Source of the DNA: a virus
Taxonomy: Duplodnaviria; Heunggongvirae; Uroviricota; Caudoviricetes
Direction: 5' to 3' (one strand)
Length of the DNA stretch: 48,357 nucleotides
IMG/VR virus record: IMGVR_UViG_2718217867_000003
Coordinates: 1 to 48,357 of that record
Part shown: in pieces, positions 1 to 14,441 of the stretch
Position numbering within the stretch: position 1 is the stretch's first letter
How the letters are laid out: the number at the start of each line of letters is the position of its first letter
The notes under the pieces: model-generated
Seen by the model: only the letters and a program-made list of their open reading frames with translations
Databases searched by the model: none
What the model was told of the DNA's origin: nothing
Position numbers and translations under genes: made by a program

Positions 1-212
1 CACAACATCCGAGGACAGCATCGTCCGCTGGCCCACAGAAGTCCGGAAAGTCATGGAAGGTCGTTGTTGGGAGGAGGTACAAATTCTCTCATGCAAAAAA
101 TACGTAAAATCGATAATAGCTGGAAATAATTCAATACATGCACTCTCGAAAGTGCATCAGCCAACCGCAGAACGTTATTGCATACAACGTTTCTGCGGCA
201 TAATCCCAATGA

Positions 213-797
213 TTACTCCCTGACAGGGTTCGTAGGCCACTCAATATCAGGTGCAGTTGATGTATCAACACGGTTCAGCAACACCCGATACTTTTTCCAG
301 GCTTCCAGCAATGAGGTTTCTTCCTCCGTTGCAATTTCCAGATCTGCAGCATCCTGAAGCGGCGCAATATGCTCACTGGCTGCCTGCATCAGGCTGTTTT
401 TTGTTTCTTCCGCCTCCCGGATCCGGAACAGTTTTTCTGCTTCCGTATCCTTCACCCAGGCTGTGCCGTTCCACTTCTGAAACTCCCCTTCCGGGGATAA
501 CCAGGTGACATTTTCCGGTAATGAGCCGAGTTCAGAAATAAATAACGCGTCGCCGGAAGCCACGTCATAAACCGTTTTACCCCGATGATCTTCAACGAGA
601 TGCCACGATGCCTCATCACTGTTGAAAACAGCCACGAAGCCAGCCGGAATATCTGGCGGTGCAATATAGGTACTGTTTGCTGGCAGACCTGTATGAGGCG
701 GAATATATGCGTCACCTTCACCAATAAATTCATTAGTTCCGGCCAGCAGATTATAAATTTTTATGGTCCGTGGTTGTTCACTCATTCTGAATGCCAT
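213..797 (-). CDS. tfa: tail fiber assembly protein (lambda Tfa-like)
   Basis: 194-aa ORF; sequence recalled as near-identical to phage lambda Tfa ([24 protein letters not shown]...); start overlaps stf stop. Confidence 0.85.
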   Translation of the reverse strand: MAFRMSEQPRTIKIYNLLAGTNEFIGEGDAYIPPHTGLPANSTYIAPPDIPAGFVAVFNSDEASWHLVEDHRGKTVYDVASGDALFISELGSLPENVTWLSPEGEFQKWNGTAWVKDTEAEKLFRIREAEETKNSLMQAASEHIAPLQDAADLEIATEEETSLLEAWKKYRVLLNRVDTSTAPDIEWPTNPVRE

Positions 798-3712
798 TAT
801 GCAAGCCTCACAATATAGTTAAATGCGATGTTTTTGACAGTGTTTTCCGCGTTACCAGCAGCGTTAACGGTGATGGTGTGTCCATGTGAGCCAATCGCAA
901 CCGAGTGCGTATGAGCACCAATACCGACAGTATGTGCGTGTGCACCTGCAGATGCAGCTGTGCCGCTGACACTATGAGTGTGCGCTCCTGCAGCACTTGT
1001 ATTCACACTGGCCGCAGACACTACCTTATGTACTGACCCATTTTGTGACCACTGGCTGACTGCTGATGCGCCTGTGACACTATGAGTATGGTTTCCGGCA
1101 CTTGCGGCTGTACCGCTCACACTGTGCGTATGCGCCCCGGTGTTATTCGTGGATTTAGTGCCGTAATCAAACGACGATGTGGTTTTCGTCCCCAAATCCG
1201 TACTGGATGCGCTGGCGCTGTGGGTGTGCGATTTAATGCCGTCCTGTTCCTGAGACAATACGGCCCGACCACTGGCAGGTTTGCCCTTAATCGTCCAGCC
1301 ACGCATATCAGGGATCACGCCTGACGGATAAGCGGTTGCAAGTTTCGGGTAAGCAGATTTGTCAAAAGTCTGCCCCTGCATCAGGGCATAACCAGACGGA
1401 ACGGTATCTGATGGCCACGGGATTGGTGCGCCAGGCGGATAAAACTGCTCTGATGGCGTATAGAGTGAATAAACTGTACCGTCCGTTAACCCTTCCGGCT
1501 TATTAGCAGAATATGCTGGTGACGTATGAATAGTCACGCTGGCATTACTGGTATAATCCCATTGAATATTTACACCAGTCGCATAATTTCCGATTGCAAC
1601 GTAAATATCGTAAGTATCACCAGATGTATTGACCCAGGCAAAATTTGTAAACCCTGTCGATGTGCGCTGCCATAAAGCACCAGTAATCCCCTTCGGATTA
1701 CCATTACCTGCACGCAAAACAAGTTCAGATATACCTGCCTGTTGAGGTGACCCCACGTTAAATCCCGCGCCACCAATCAACGTAATTGAAACAACAGAAC
1801 TCGCCTGTGGCATGGTTACCGTTGCTAATTTGAACCAACCAGCACCACCGCTGAATGACATTGTTGTTGAGTTAAGCGTACCAATATCTTTCGGCGTCAG
1901 TGTTATATCCGCTGAAAGCGCCTTACCATTCACCTTACGGGCAGAAGGTACCCGACCATTCGCATTATCATTAGCTGCTTTCACTGCTTTCGGTGTCGCG
2001 GCAAGCGTTTCAGATGCGCTGTTGGTTACACTACTGAGCTGGATAATTCCTTTTTGTGCTGTCGTAGCGTCCTGAGCGGTATATTTCCCGTTAGCAAGGT
2101 CATAGGCTGCCTTTACCGACTTTGGCGTTGCCGCCAGCATTTCAGATGTGCTGTTGGTCGCGCTGCTGAGCTGAACTATCCCTTTCTGTGCTGTCGTTGC
2201 ATCCTGTGCGGTGTATTTCCCGTTAGCCAGGTCATACGCGGCCTTAACTGCTTTTGGCGTTGCCGCCAGTGACTCGGAAGTGCTGTTAGTCGCACTGCTG
2301 AGCTGTACTATCCCCTTTTTCGTCGTGCTCGCATCTTCAAGCGCCACGGCGGATGCAATATCCTCTGCCCGTTTTGCCGCTGTCTCGGCGCGCGTTGCCG
2401 CGGATTCCGCCGTACTTTTGCTCTGAGCTGCCGCCGTCGCACTGCCAGCTGCCTCTGTCGCCTTCGTGGATGCCGTCGTGGCGCTGCTCTTCGCTGCTGA
2501 CGCTTGTCTGGTCGCCTCATCTTTTGAAGCAGACGCAGATGATGCCGATGACGCCGCCGAACTGGCTGACGATGCGGCAGCAGTTTTTGAGGATTCTGCG
2601 CTGGTTTCCGACGCTTTCGCGTTCGTTTCGGATGTCTTCGCTGCGGAAGCAGAACTCGCTGCTGCGCTGGCCTGTTCAGTGGCTTCGCCAGCCTTCGTTG
2701 TGGCTGTTGAAGCAGACGATGCGGCACTTTCTGCCGACTTTCCGGCAGCGGTGGCACTGGCTGAGGCCTGCCCGGCACTTGTTGACGCGGCGCTGGCAGA
2801 TGATGCAGCCGCTGTTTTTGAGTCTGCGCCTGCGGAGGCACTCTGTGCTGCTGCCGTTTCAGAGGACTTAGCGTTTGTCTCAGACGTCTTTGCCGCCTTC
2901 GCGGAATTTCCTGCCGCCGTTGCCGAGGAAGCGGCATTACTGGCGCTCGAGGCTGCGCTCGTTTCTGATGATTTTGCCGCCTCTTTTGAAGCCGACGCAT
3001 CCCGGGCTGAAGTGGCTGCTTCTGACGCTTTCGTGGTCGCGGTGGATGCAGAAGTGGCTGCTGATTGTTCTGACGCTGCGGCATTCGTTTCTGACGTTTT
3101 CGCCGCACCGGCACTGGTAGCTGCCACGCTTTTTGAGGACTCTGCAGCGGCAGCACTTTTTGAGGCTTCAGTGGCCTTTGTTGATGCCGTTCCTGCGCTG
3201 GAAGACGCTGACTGAGCCGACGAAGCGGCCTGTCCGGCTGACGTGCTGGCTGCACGTGCTGAATCTGCAGCATCAGTCGCATGGGTTGCCGCCTCACGGG
3301 CAGATGTGCTGGCATCACTGGCTGACTTCTTCGCGGCTGCCGTGTTCTGTGCCACCACGGACGCGTTACGCGCCACCTCTTCCACCATCAGTTCAAAACG
3401 GCGCAGTGCCTCAGGACGGGCATCATCCTCCGTCATGGCACCGAGAAAATCATTCAGCGTACCGGGTCGGGAATCTTCATACACGGTGATGGTCCCGGCA
3501 TGTGACGGCGGGAATCCTTCCACCAACAGAATAACGCTGTACTGACCGTACTCAACGTCCATGCTGTAACGCCCGGCTTCATCCGGATTTTCTGAGGCCA
3601 GCGTGTTCACCACCACCGTGGTGCTGTTACGTTTTGCTTTCAGCTGGATTGTGCAGTTCTGTACCGGTTTTCCTGTGCCGTCTTTCAGTACACCTGAAAT
3701 CTTTACTGCCAT
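797..3712 (-). CDS. stf: side tail fiber protein (lambda Stf-like, expanded repeat region)
   Basis: N-terminus [26 protein letters not shown] matches recalled lambda Stf; long Ala/Ser/Thr-rich region; three tandem ~39-aa repeats; His-rich C-terminal HxH repeats; start placed at third codon ATG which has a better SD than the track start at 3718. Confidence 0.85.
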   Translation of the reverse strand: MAVKISGVLKDGTGKPVQNCTIQLKAKRNSTTVVVNTLASENPDEAGRYSMDVEYGQYSVILLVEGFPPSHAGTITVYEDSRPGTLNDFLGAMTEDDARPEALRRFELMVEEVARNASVVAQNTAAAKKSASDASTSAREAATHATDAADSARAASTSAGQAASSAQSASSSAGTASTKATEASKSAAAAESSKSVAATSAGAAKTSETNAAASEQSAATSASTATTKASEAATSARDASASKEAAKSSETSAASSASNAASSATAAGNSAKAAKTSETNAKSSETAAAQSASAGADSKTAAASSASAASTSAGQASASATAAGKSAESAASSASTATTKAGEATEQASAAASSASAAKTSETNAKASETSAESSKTAAASSASSAASSASSASASKDEATRQASAAKSSATTASTKATEAAGSATAAAQSKSTAESAATRAETAAKRAEDIASAVALEDASTTKKGIVQLSSATNSTSESLAATPKAVKAAYDLANGKYTAQDATTAQKGIVQLSSATNSTSEMLAATPKSVKAAYDLANGKYTAQDATTAQKGIIQLSSVTNSASETLAATPKAVKAANDNANGRVPSARKVNGKALSADITLTPKDIGTLNSTTMSFSGGAGWFKLATVTMPQASSVVSITLIGGAGFNVGSPQQAGISELVLRAGNGNPKGITGALWQRTSTGFTNFAWVNTSGDTYDIYVAIGNYATGVNIQWDYTSNASVTIHTSPAYSANKPEGLTDGTVYSLYTPSEQFYPPGAPIPWPSDTVPSGYALMQGQTFDKSAYPKLATAYPSGVIPDMRGWTIKGKPASGRAVLSQEQDGIKSHTHSASASSTDLGTKTTSSFDYGTKSTNNTGAHTHSVSGTAASAGNHTHSVTGASAVSQWSQNGSVHKVVSAASVNTSAAGAHTHSVSGTAASAGAHAHTVGIGAHTHSVAIGSHGHTITVNAAGNAENTVKNIAFNYIVRLA
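1960..2320 (-). repeat. three tandem ~117-bp coding repeats inside stf ([37 protein letters not shown] units)
   Basis: near-identical DNA units visible at about 1960-2076, 2077-2193 and 2194-2310; protein shows the 39-aa unit three times. Confidence 0.7.
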
Positions 3713-3723
3713 ATTCACCCCAC

Positions 3724-3749
3724 AAAAAAGCCCGCCTGAACCGGCGGGC
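3724..3749 (-). terminator. rho-independent terminator-like hairpin between lom and stf
   Basis: 7-bp GC stem GCCCGCC/GGCGGGC with 6-nt loop, followed on the minus strand by a T6 run. Confidence 0.55.
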
Positions 3750-3776
3750 TGTCATAACACTGTGTTACCTGGCTAA

Positions 3777-4376
3777 TCAGAACTTATAACCGACACCCAT
3801 GATGAAACCGTCAGTGCGCCAGTCGCCACTGCCGGAGCCTTCATAAGCAATATCAATGGCCACGGATTCGGTCGGGTTAAACTGCACGCCAACTCCCCAC
3901 GCCAGAGACGTGTTGCTGTGGCGACCGTCATCACTTCCGGTCAGCACGTCGTGCGTTTTCCCCTTGTTGTCAGTTACGCGGAGATAATCCCCGGAGAAAG
4001 TCGACACACGGCTGTAAGCCACACCCGCCATCGCATACGCGCTGAACCATTCATTCACGCGCACAGACGGCCCCGCCATTACGCTGAACCAGCGGTTACG
4101 AACGGAATCTTCATGCCAGCGGGTATCGCTGTAACGGGTAAGCTGGCGATTCTTGTCTCCTGCATAGCTGAATGACGTCACCATCCCCAGTGTGTCCGTA
4201 AACTCATAACGGTATTTCACGTTAATCCCGTTCAGATCATCGCTGCCGGGAACGTTCGTCGAGACATGAAGATACCCCGCACTCAGCGTGGACTGATGTT
4301 CAGACGCCCATGCAGGCGCACCGGATACGGCCAGACAAATGGCTGCGGACATAATGGCGGCATAAAGTTTACGCAT
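3777..4376 (-). CDS. lom: Lom outer-membrane protein (Ail/Lom family moron)
   Basis: 199-aa ORF with N-terminal signal peptide and C-terminal ...GVGYKF beta-barrel terminus; recalled as lambda Lom homolog; position between J and stf. Confidence 0.85.
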   Translation of the reverse strand: MRKLYAAIMSAAICLAVSGAPAWASEHQSTLSAGYLHVSTNVPGSDDLNGINVKYRYEFTDTLGMVTSFSYAGDKNRQLTRYSDTRWHEDSVRNRWFSVMAGPSVRVNEWFSAYAMAGVAYSRVSTFSGDYLRVTDNKGKTHDVLTGSDDGRHSNTSLAWGVGVQFNPTESVAIDIAYEGSGSGDWRTDGFIMGVGYKF

Positions 4377-4400
4377 AATTACCTCTCGCTTTTCTGCAAT

Positions 4401-4424
4401 AAAAAAGGCGTCATTTCTGACGCC
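4401..4424 (-). terminator. rho-independent terminator-like hairpin between J and lom
   Basis: stem GGCGTCA/TGACGCC with 4-nt loop, followed on the minus strand by T6. Confidence 0.5.
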
Positions 4425-4442
4425 CGTTATGGGTTATAAAAT

Positions 4443-7844
<3,402 letters not shown>

Positions 7845-7901
7845 TCACGCTCCATAAACGACAAAACCGCCCGCAGGCGGTTTCACATAAAACGTTTTTC
7901 A

Positions 7902-8549
7902 TCAGCGACCAATCACCACAATTTCGCCGCCATCACCCTCATCAGCTGTACTGACTTCCTGAGAAACCACCCGCGACCCCACGCGCATTTCACCATACAG
8001 TACCGGTAGCGGATTTCCCTGGGCAATCATATTATCCAGCGAAGAAAAATAGGTATTCTGTTTGCCGTTATCCGTTGTCTGTGTGCGGGGAGTTCTGGCT
8101 TTCGGTGCCAGCATCTGCGCCACACCACCCAGGATCATACTGGCCCCTGCCGCATACATGCCCGATAAAGCCGCGGCACCCAGCCAGCCTGCGGGGTTCC
8201 ACCACGCCACCGCAATCAGCGCCGCACCCAGCACCGCCTGAAACACACCGCCACTTTTTGCTCCCGCAAGACGCGGAACGATGTGGATCACGGCACCATT
8301 TGCCAGCGGTTCATTAAGACGGGCAGATAATTCATTTTCGCCTGCATCACGCCCGGAAATGCGCACCTGATACCAGCCCTCATTCAGTTCCTGGCGAAAC
8401 GACGGAAGCTGCGTGTCCAGCGCCCGGATGGCTTCAGCCCCCGTTTTCACACGAAGGTCGATGCGGCGGCCAAATCGTTGTAAATCCCCGTAAAGGCAGA
8501 TGCGTGCCATGCCCGGTGACGCCAGAGGGAGTGTGTGCGTCGCTGCCAT
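7902..8549 (-). CDS. I: tail assembly protein I
   Basis: 215-aa ORF in lambda I position; 3' overlap with K as in lambda. Confidence 0.8.
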   Translation of the reverse strand: MAATHTLPLASPGMARICLYGDLQRFGRRIDLRVKTGAEAIRALDTQLPSFRQELNEGWYQVRISGRDAGENELSARLNEPLANGAVIHIVPRLAGAKSGGVFQAVLGAALIAVAWWNPAGWLGAAALSGMYAAGASMILGGVAQMLAPKARTPRTQTTDNGKQNTYFSSLDNMIAQGNPLPVLYGEMRVGSRVVSQEVSTADEGDGGEIVVIGR

Positions 8550-9190
8550 TTGTCGGTATACCTCTCTCGTTTGCTCAGTTGTTCAGGAATATGGTGCAGC
8601 AGCTCGCCGTTGCCGCAGTAAATGGCGGCATGATTCGGCACCGATGAACCAAAACAGCACAGCAGCACATCGCCCGGTTGTGCTGATGACAACGCCACCT
8701 GATACAGCCCAGTGGCCTCCAGATTATCCAGATAGAGATTCTGACCGTGACGCCACCAGTCATCCCCGCGATGAAAATCCGGCATCTCAATCCCCGCCAG
8801 ATGATAAGCATCCCGGAACAGCGTGTAACAGTCCGTCACCCCGTGCTCAAAGCGCCGCCCGGTGAGATGCGGTACACAGCGGAATTTATGAATCTCACCC
8901 CGGCAGACCAGCCACCACGGCAAATCGCTCTGCACCTGCAGCCGCCTGTCAGCCTCACTCAGCCAGGGCAGACCACCGGGGTGGCTGTGGACCAGCGCCA
9001 CAATCTCACCCTGCATCTCTGCCCGCAGCCAGTCCTCCGGCGACATCCGGAAATACGCCTCCGGCTCACCGGAGATATTCACGCAGGGAAAATATCTTTC
9101 CCCTTCCGGCGTTCTCACCACGAAGCCGCACGACTCCGCTGGCGCACATCGCCGGGCGTGCGCCAGAATCGCTGATTCTGTCTCTGTCAT
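8447..9190 (-). CDS. K: tail assembly protein K (JAMM/MPN plus NlpC/P60 domains)
   Basis: HSHPGG JAMM-type motif and C-terminal Cys/His NlpC/P60-like region; lambda K position; exact start uncertain. Confidence 0.8.
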   Translation of the reverse strand: MTETESAILAHARRCAPAESCGFVVRTPEGERYFPCVNISGEPEAYFRMSPEDWLRAEMQGEIVALVHSHPGGLPWLSEADRRLQVQSDLPWWLVCRGEIHKFRCVPHLTGRRFEHGVTDCYTLFRDAYHLAGIEMPDFHRGDDWWRHGQNLYLDNLEATGLYQVALSSAQPGDVLLCCFGSSVPNHAAIYCGNGELLHHIPEQLSKRERYTDKWQRRTHSLWRHRAWHASAFTGIYNDLAAASTFV

Positions 9191-9195
9191 GGGAT

Positions 9196-9894
9196 TTACT
9201 GCGAAAGTTTGTTAATGGAAAGGAAGCCGCCAAAGTTGCCGACGTTATTGCGAAACTTACAGCCGCTCAGGCATTTGCTGCATTTATCCTTCGTGATATC
9301 GGACGTCGGCTGGTCATATTCATCTGCGACAGCCGGTCCGTGATAACCGCACTCATCACCGCGATAGGTCCAGGTACAGGTGTTGGCCAGCATGATGCGC
9401 CCCGGAAAAACAGCGCCGTCCGTTTCCGTCGGCGTGGACAGTACAAAGGAGGCACTGACCGCGCTCAGTTCGCTGCACTGCTCAATGCGCCAGCGGCTGA
9501 TTACCTCCTGCTCCGGATCGGCGTCACTGTTTCCGTTGACGAAGTTCACCGCATCCAGAAAACGGGCGTAAACCTTACGCCTGACCACCGTTCCGCCGAC
9601 CAGACTCTGCAGGTCTTCGGCCATCCCGGTGACCATGCCATACAGGTTAGATACCTTAAGTGTGGGACGTGCGCTGCTGCCCTTACCGTTCATCTCAAAG
9701 CCGCTTCCCTGAATGGGGTACGCCTGATACTTTCGCCCCTGCCAGGTAACCGGTTCACCTTTTTCATTCTGCTCATTGCAGAAAAAGTAACGCTCCCCAC
9801 CGACCTCTGTCAGATCAATTTCCCAGAGCACCACGCTGGCCGTCTGCTCCACACGGATGCATTCATTCAGTGTTTCCTGTCGTATGTCCTGCAT
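9196..9894 (-). CDS. L: minor tail protein L
   Basis: 232-aa ORF recalled as near-identical to lambda L, including C-terminal CxxC cluster. Confidence 0.85.
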   Translation of the reverse strand: MQDIRQETLNECIRVEQTASVVLWEIDLTEVGGERYFFCNEQNEKGEPVTWQGRKYQAYPIQGSGFEMNGKGSSARPTLKVSNLYGMVTGMAEDLQSLVGGTVVRRKVYARFLDAVNFVNGNSDADPEQEVISRWRIEQCSELSAVSASFVLSTPTETDGAVFPGRIMLANTCTWTYRGDECGYHGPAVADEYDQPTSDITKDKCSKCLSGCKFRNNVGNFGGFLSINKLSQ

Positions 9895-10232
9895 CAGATC
9901 ACCACTTCGTCAAACTGACACGAAAAATCGGTATAGGTGATATGTTCTGTCGCTGACCACGTTCGACACACCACTCTGATTTTTCTGTTAATACCCGGCG
10001 GGCGCCAAAAAAAAGATTTATAGCCTTCATGCCGGGCTAAAAATTTTTCAAATGAATCACGTTCATTCGCCTCAACTTTGAAATCACAGGTGAAAACGCG
10101 CAGAGAATGATTAAGTCCATTTGGACTTCGTTGCTCATAACCATCACCAAATCTTACAGTTTTTATCGATGGTTTATTTTCTGTTTTCATTCCATCCTCT
10201 GGTAACCAGTGAAATTCTTCCGTATTAGCCAC
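9894..10232 (-). CDS. M: minor tail protein M (divergent)
   Basis: 112-aa ORF with VRFGDGY motif shared with lambda M but otherwise diverged; lower GC than neighbours. Confidence 0.7.
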   Translation of the reverse strand: MANTEEFHWLPEDGMKTENKPSIKTVRFGDGYEQRSPNGLNHSLRVFTCDFKVEANERDSFEKFLARHEGYKSFFWRPPGINRKIRVVCRTWSATEHITYTDFSCQFDEVVI

Positions 10233-13200
10233 TTAACATTCCCCCATCACGTCGCATATTTAACAGATTGCCCTGCACCCGCTGATCAACCATCCCCATA
10301 AGTGCTTTTATTGCCTGAGGGCCAATCTCTCCATTCTGGCCGTCATTTTGAATAGTGATTTGGTATACAGGGGCATAGGTAATATCTCCGCCTCCATTAC
10401 CACTTTTACTATTAATAGCTCTGACACCAAGAGAACCATCGGAAGTTCGTGTTAATGGCATAATGGCTTCCGGTCCAGCCTCACCAAAAACACCAGCCCC
10501 TTTTGCAAAAGCAAAAAATTGCGGGGAATCATAAATACCATTCGAATACGTGCTCAATGACGGAGACTCATAAACACCGCCCTTTGCATTCGGAATAAAT
10601 TTACTAATAGCACTCCCGATAGTTCCTAAAATCCCCCCAGAAGAACTGTTACTAATGCTGTCGAAAATCCCAGTAATTGAAGCCTTTAATGCTATTCGAC
10701 TAAGATCCGAAATCACGGAAGTAGCGAAAGAACGAAAATTTGCCTTGCCTGTCGTGACAAAATCACCCAGCGCATCGGTCATCCCATCAAACATCTGAGT
10801 CGTGGTTGATTTTATCTGCTCACTGATATCCTTAGTGTCATCCAGCCAGTTATTGAATCCCTGGGAGGCACCACTAACCCAGTCTCCTGCCTGAATATCG
10901 AGCTGCTCGTTTTTCTGTCTGACAATTTCTTTTTCCCGTTCCAGAGCATCATTCAGAGCCTGCATTTTCTCTTGAAAAACATGATCTGACATTCCACGGG
11001 ATTTATCTGCATAGTCACGTTCAAGTTGCAGACGCTGATTGTTATATCCATGTTCAATCCGCAGTAATTCCTGCTGGCGTTGCTGATTTTTATCGCCAAC
11101 CCCATAACCAGCAATCTGAATATCATACCCCTGCTGACGATTATCAATCGAAGCCTGCAATGAATCACGCCATGCTGTTATTTCGGCGGATTCCTTGATT
11201 AGCCTGTTATTTTTTTCAATCGCAACATTTTTCTCCATCAACGCGGTTATTTCTTCCCGGTGTAAGAGAAGTGATTTCTGATCCTGGGTTAATTTCGATG
11301 ATGGTCGTGACTCTAGGTCGGCAATCCGCTGACGCCACTTAACCAGTTCCTGTTCAGAGGAACTTAATTTAACGGTCAACTCAGCTTGTGAACTTAGTAA
11401 CGCATTCTGTTGATTCAGATGATCAATCATTCGTTGGGCTGCATCATCAGAATAACCTTTCGCCTTTGGTTGCTTTGGATCTTTATAACGCTCATTTATT
11501 TGAGCGATAAGATTATTATATTCTTCCTTTGAATACTGATTCTTTAGCTTTTCCAGTTTTGCAAGTTCACTAGCTCTCTGCTGCTCCCGGGTCTGATATT
11601 GTTTTGAAAAGGCATCTGCTCTCTGTCTGAGTTCAATTCCTTCCTGTTGTCGCTTGTTGTAATCGTTTATTGATGAATTTAGTACGTCCTGAGCAATTTT
11701 TTCTGCTTGAAGTACGCCCAATTGCTGCTTTAATCGTGCCAGCCTTTTATTTTGAGCTCCGCCATCTCCAATGCCACCTAACCCGAAAACTCCGGGTCGG
11801 GTATTTTTTTCTATTTCATCAATTTGACGGAGAACATCTGAGATTTTTTGATCAAGGGAGGCCTCACGGCCAATATCCAGCATGGAATCCCATGCCCATT
11901 TTGCGGAGTCTGCGACAGCTTTCCATGCAGTCTCAAGATAACCAAGATTTTCTTTAATCTGGTTGGTGCGCTGGATCATTGAGGATGAGTATTCTTCTGT
12001 CGCAATGCGGGCGGCCTCCTGCTGGTTCCCTTCATCCTGTAGCGCCTTAATCTGGTTATAAGTCGCAAGTGTCAGAAAATGGTACTGATCATTAAGTTTT
12101 GATATGGCACTGACAGGATCCTTTGCAATTTCATTGAAGTCATTAACCAGTTGTTCGGTTGATATTCCTGTTACTTCGCTCGTTTTTACTATCGCTGTCG
12201 TCACTTGCTCCAGCGAACTGCTCGCTACCTTTCCCGAACGCACAAGCTGATTTAATACTGCCGCCGCAGCACCAGTTGTCGAATCAGCCGCATTCCCGGC
12301 ACGTTGAGCTATATCGCCCAATTGCCCGCTGGTTGTCCCCAACTGATTTCCGGTAAGAATAAGAGATTTATTAAATTCGTCCTGCTCCTGAGAGCCTTTA
12401 TAGTAAGCCAGTCCTAAGACCCCAACGGCTGCTGCGGCCAGGGTAAAAGGATTAATTAATCCCAGCACATAAGAACCTACACCTTTGATCGCCGGGCCAA
12501 TCCCACCGAACATATCTTTTAGCTGGCCGCCCTGCTGTATTAACACCATAAATGGCGACTGACCAGTGGACAACCCAACAACAATATCCGTCATTTGTGC
12601 AGGCAACATGCGCATAGCAAAAGCCGTTTGTTTTGCCGACATTCCGGTTTTGCTTAATTGTGATTGAGTAACCTCAAGCTCACTCCGCATAGCACGAAGT
12701 TTTCCAGAAAGCTCCTCATACATTTCAGGAGAAAGCATCCCCTTAGCTTTTGCTTCATTGAGCTGTTTCTGTTGTTCTACCAGACGATTAAAAGCAGTTC
12801 CGACAGGATCAAGTTGAGCAATCAGACGTTGCAAAGCAACAACCTGTTCATCATGCGCTTTTGCTGCTTCTCGCTCTGCCTGAGCCTCTCCGGTAAGCTC
12901 TCGCCGTGTTTCCTGTATTTTTCGGCTATAATTCTCAAACTGAGAACCATTTATTTTCCCGGATGCAAACGCAGCATTAAGTTCATCATGCTGTTGTTCA
13001 AGATTTCTTAGCGCCGCAGCCAGAGGGTCGATCTTGTCCAGCATTCTTTGAAAGGCCTGAGCCTGCGCTTCCTGCTGGGCGGCAGCAAGTTTTCCGGCCT
13101 TCTCGGCTTCTCTCTGCGCTTGCGCAACCCCGCTCAATTCCTCTGTGGTTTCATTAAGTTTACGGACAAGAAATTCATATTCTTCTTTATCAATAAGCCC

Positions 13201-13458
13201 TTTATCGAAAAATTTCTTTAATTCAGAATAGCGTCGACCGATAGTATCAATTGCGGCACCAACTGGATCAATAGCTACTTTTAATTTTGCGAGCGCGTTC
13301 TTCTCATCTTCTGTTGCCTTAGTCACTTTCCCTGCGCTATTTGCAGCAGTTTCCCCAGCCTGCGTCATTTTGACTAATGAGGAGGTCAGATTGTCAGCAT
13401 TATTTTTCGCTCCAGTGCTATCAATAATTATTGCGAGACGCGAGGTTTGCTCTGCCAT
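10225..13458 (-). CDS. H: tail tape measure protein
   Basis: 1077-aa coiled-coil-rich ORF between GT and M; AT-richer than the lambda-like L-J block. Confidence 0.85.
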   Translation of the reverse strand: MAEQTSRLAIIIDSTGAKNNADNLTSSLVKMTQAGETAANSAGKVTKATEDEKNALAKLKVAIDPVGAAIDTIGRRYSELKKFFDKGLIDKEEYEFLVRKLNETTEELSGVAQAQREAEKAGKLAAAQQEAQAQAFQRMLDKIDPLAAALRNLEQQHDELNAAFASGKINGSQFENYSRKIQETRRELTGEAQAEREAAKAHDEQVVALQRLIAQLDPVGTAFNRLVEQQKQLNEAKAKGMLSPEMYEELSGKLRAMRSELEVTQSQLSKTGMSAKQTAFAMRMLPAQMTDIVVGLSTGQSPFMVLIQQGGQLKDMFGGIGPAIKGVGSYVLGLINPFTLAAAAVGVLGLAYYKGSQEQDEFNKSLILTGNQLGTTSGQLGDIAQRAGNAADSTTGAAAAVLNQLVRSGKVASSSLEQVTTAIVKTSEVTGISTEQLVNDFNEIAKDPVSAISKLNDQYHFLTLATYNQIKALQDEGNQQEAARIATEEYSSSMIQRTNQIKENLGYLETAWKAVADSAKWAWDSMLDIGREASLDQKISDVLRQIDEIEKNTRPGVFGLGGIGDGGAQNKRLARLKQQLGVLQAEKIAQDVLNSSINDYNKRQQEGIELRQRADAFSKQYQTREQQRASELAKLEKLKNQYSKEEYNNLIAQINERYKDPKQPKAKGYSDDAAQRMIDHLNQQNALLSSQAELTVKLSSSEQELVKWRQRIADLESRPSSKLTQDQKSLLLHREEITALMEKNVAIEKNNRLIKESAEITAWRDSLQASIDNRQQGYDIQIAGYGVGDKNQQRQQELLRIEHGYNNQRLQLERDYADKSRGMSDHVFQEKMQALNDALEREKEIVRQKNEQLDIQAGDWVSGASQGFNNWLDDTKDISEQIKSTTTQMFDGMTDALGDFVTTGKANFRSFATSVISDLSRIALKASITGIFDSISNSSSGGILGTIGSAISKFIPNAKGGVYESPSLSTYSNGIYDSPQFFAFAKGAGVFGEAGPEAIMPLTRTSDGSLGVRAINSKSGNGGGDITYAPVYQITIQNDGQNGEIGPQAIKALMGMVDQRVQGNLLNMRRDGGMLSG

Positions 13459-13481
13459 TTATTAAAACTCCTGACAACAAA

Positions 13482-13510
13482 AAACCCACCGCGAAGTGGG
13501 TTTCAGGCGA
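13482..13510 (-). terminator. weak terminator-like hairpin immediately upstream of the tape measure gene
   Basis: 5-bp stem CCCAC/GTGGG with 6-nt loop followed by T6 on the minus strand. Confidence 0.3.
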
Positions 13511-13623
13511 CATAATAGTAGATATAGCGATTACGAGGCCAAGCAATGCTTTTCTCCAGGAGCATCATCGATTTAATTAAAGACACCATCACATCTCTGT
13601 AACAGAGTGTACGTAATTAACAA

Positions 13624-13944
13624 CTACACACACTGCTCCTGAAAATACTGGTCATCCAGTGCAAAGATCACTGCTTCAAATTCATCGCGCTCAATCAATA
13701 CCGGATGAGTGGCTAAATATTCATTTATCTCTGTCAGAGATAAAGGCAAAGGCACCCCAGCCATTCCAGCATAACGTCGGGCACGGGATATTACCGAATA
13801 GGCGTACAACAACTCCTTAAGCACCGGGTCTATTTCTGGTTCCGGTATCGGTGGCAACCTGAGTTTTTCTCGCTTCCATCTTGCCTTTTCCCCCCTTTCT
13901 CCCCCGAACTCCGATAACCACCGCTGGGCAGCTATGGCTTTTTT
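13624..13944 (-). CDS. T: tail assembly chaperone GT, T segment reached by -1 programmed frameshift from G
   Basis: -1 frame is open from the slippery site through the 13624..13857 ORF (..KKAIAAQRWLSEFGGERGEKARWKREKLRLPPIPEPEIDP..). Confidence 0.65.
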   Translation of the reverse strand, partial: KKAIAAQRWLSEFGGERGEKARWKREKLRLPPIPEPEIDPVLKELLYAYSVISRARRYAGMAGVPLPLSLTEINEYLATHPVLIERDEFEAVIFALDDQYFQEQCV

Positions 13945-14393
13945 ATCGTATCCTGCTTCTGCTGCTCTTTACCCTGGGCGATGCTGGCTGCTTCTGCAAG
14001 GATCTGCCAGTACAACTCTGGATTCTGCTTAAGCAGCGCGATCCCTCGTTCTGCCGTATATTCCAGTGCAACCTCAACACCATTAACCAGTTCACCAACC
14101 CCTTTCCAGTCTTTCAGCAGATAACGAGCGGCATTATCAATGAGTAAATCATCAACAGAATCCACCTCGGAAACCTTTGAAATATCAAACTCCTTCGTTC
14201 CGACGTGCAAACTGGCATCCATTTTCTCAATGTGGCGACGGATTAATGCATTACGGGAGCGATACTGATCGTTATCGCTGCTTGCCACCAACAGTTTTAA
14301 CCCGTCTACAGGTTTTAAGTCCTTCATTGGCGTAAACCAGCGTTCTCCACCAATGATAATTTTCTGATTAAGAATAAACATCCATAACCTCAT
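13932..14393 (-). CDS. G: tail assembly chaperone G
   Basis: 153-aa ORF between major tail protein and tape measure; ends 3 codons after slippery site. Confidence 0.7.
   Translation of the reverse strand: MRLWMFILNQKIIIGGERWFTPMKDLKPVDGLKLLVASSDNDQYRSRNALIRRHIEKMDASLHVGTKEFDISKVSEVDSVDDLLIDNAARYLLKDWKGVGELVNGVEVALEYTAERGIALLKQNPELYWQILAEAASIAQGKEQQKQDTIKKP
13938..13944 (-). other. slippery heptamer A-AAA-AAG for G/GT -1 ribosomal frameshift
   Basis: sequence ATA AAA AAG CCA TAG at the 3' end of G; canonical A_AAA_AAG shift site just before the G stop codon. Confidence 0.6.
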
Positions 14394-14441
14394 TCAATGC
14401 GTCCCCCTGTAGGGCAGTACCACAGGAGGAATAACGGAAAA

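Noticed and set aside
1-223. Partial plus-strand ORF entering from the left window edge
   Set aside because: Open frame only, no start within a credible context and no recognisable motif (not Pin invertase-like); reported as an observation, not a feature.
2308-3318. 336-aa minus-strand and 249-aa plus-strand ORFs in the stf region
   Set aside because: Alternate frames of the Ala/Ser/Thr-rich repeat region of stf; the low-complexity sequence keeps off-frames open.
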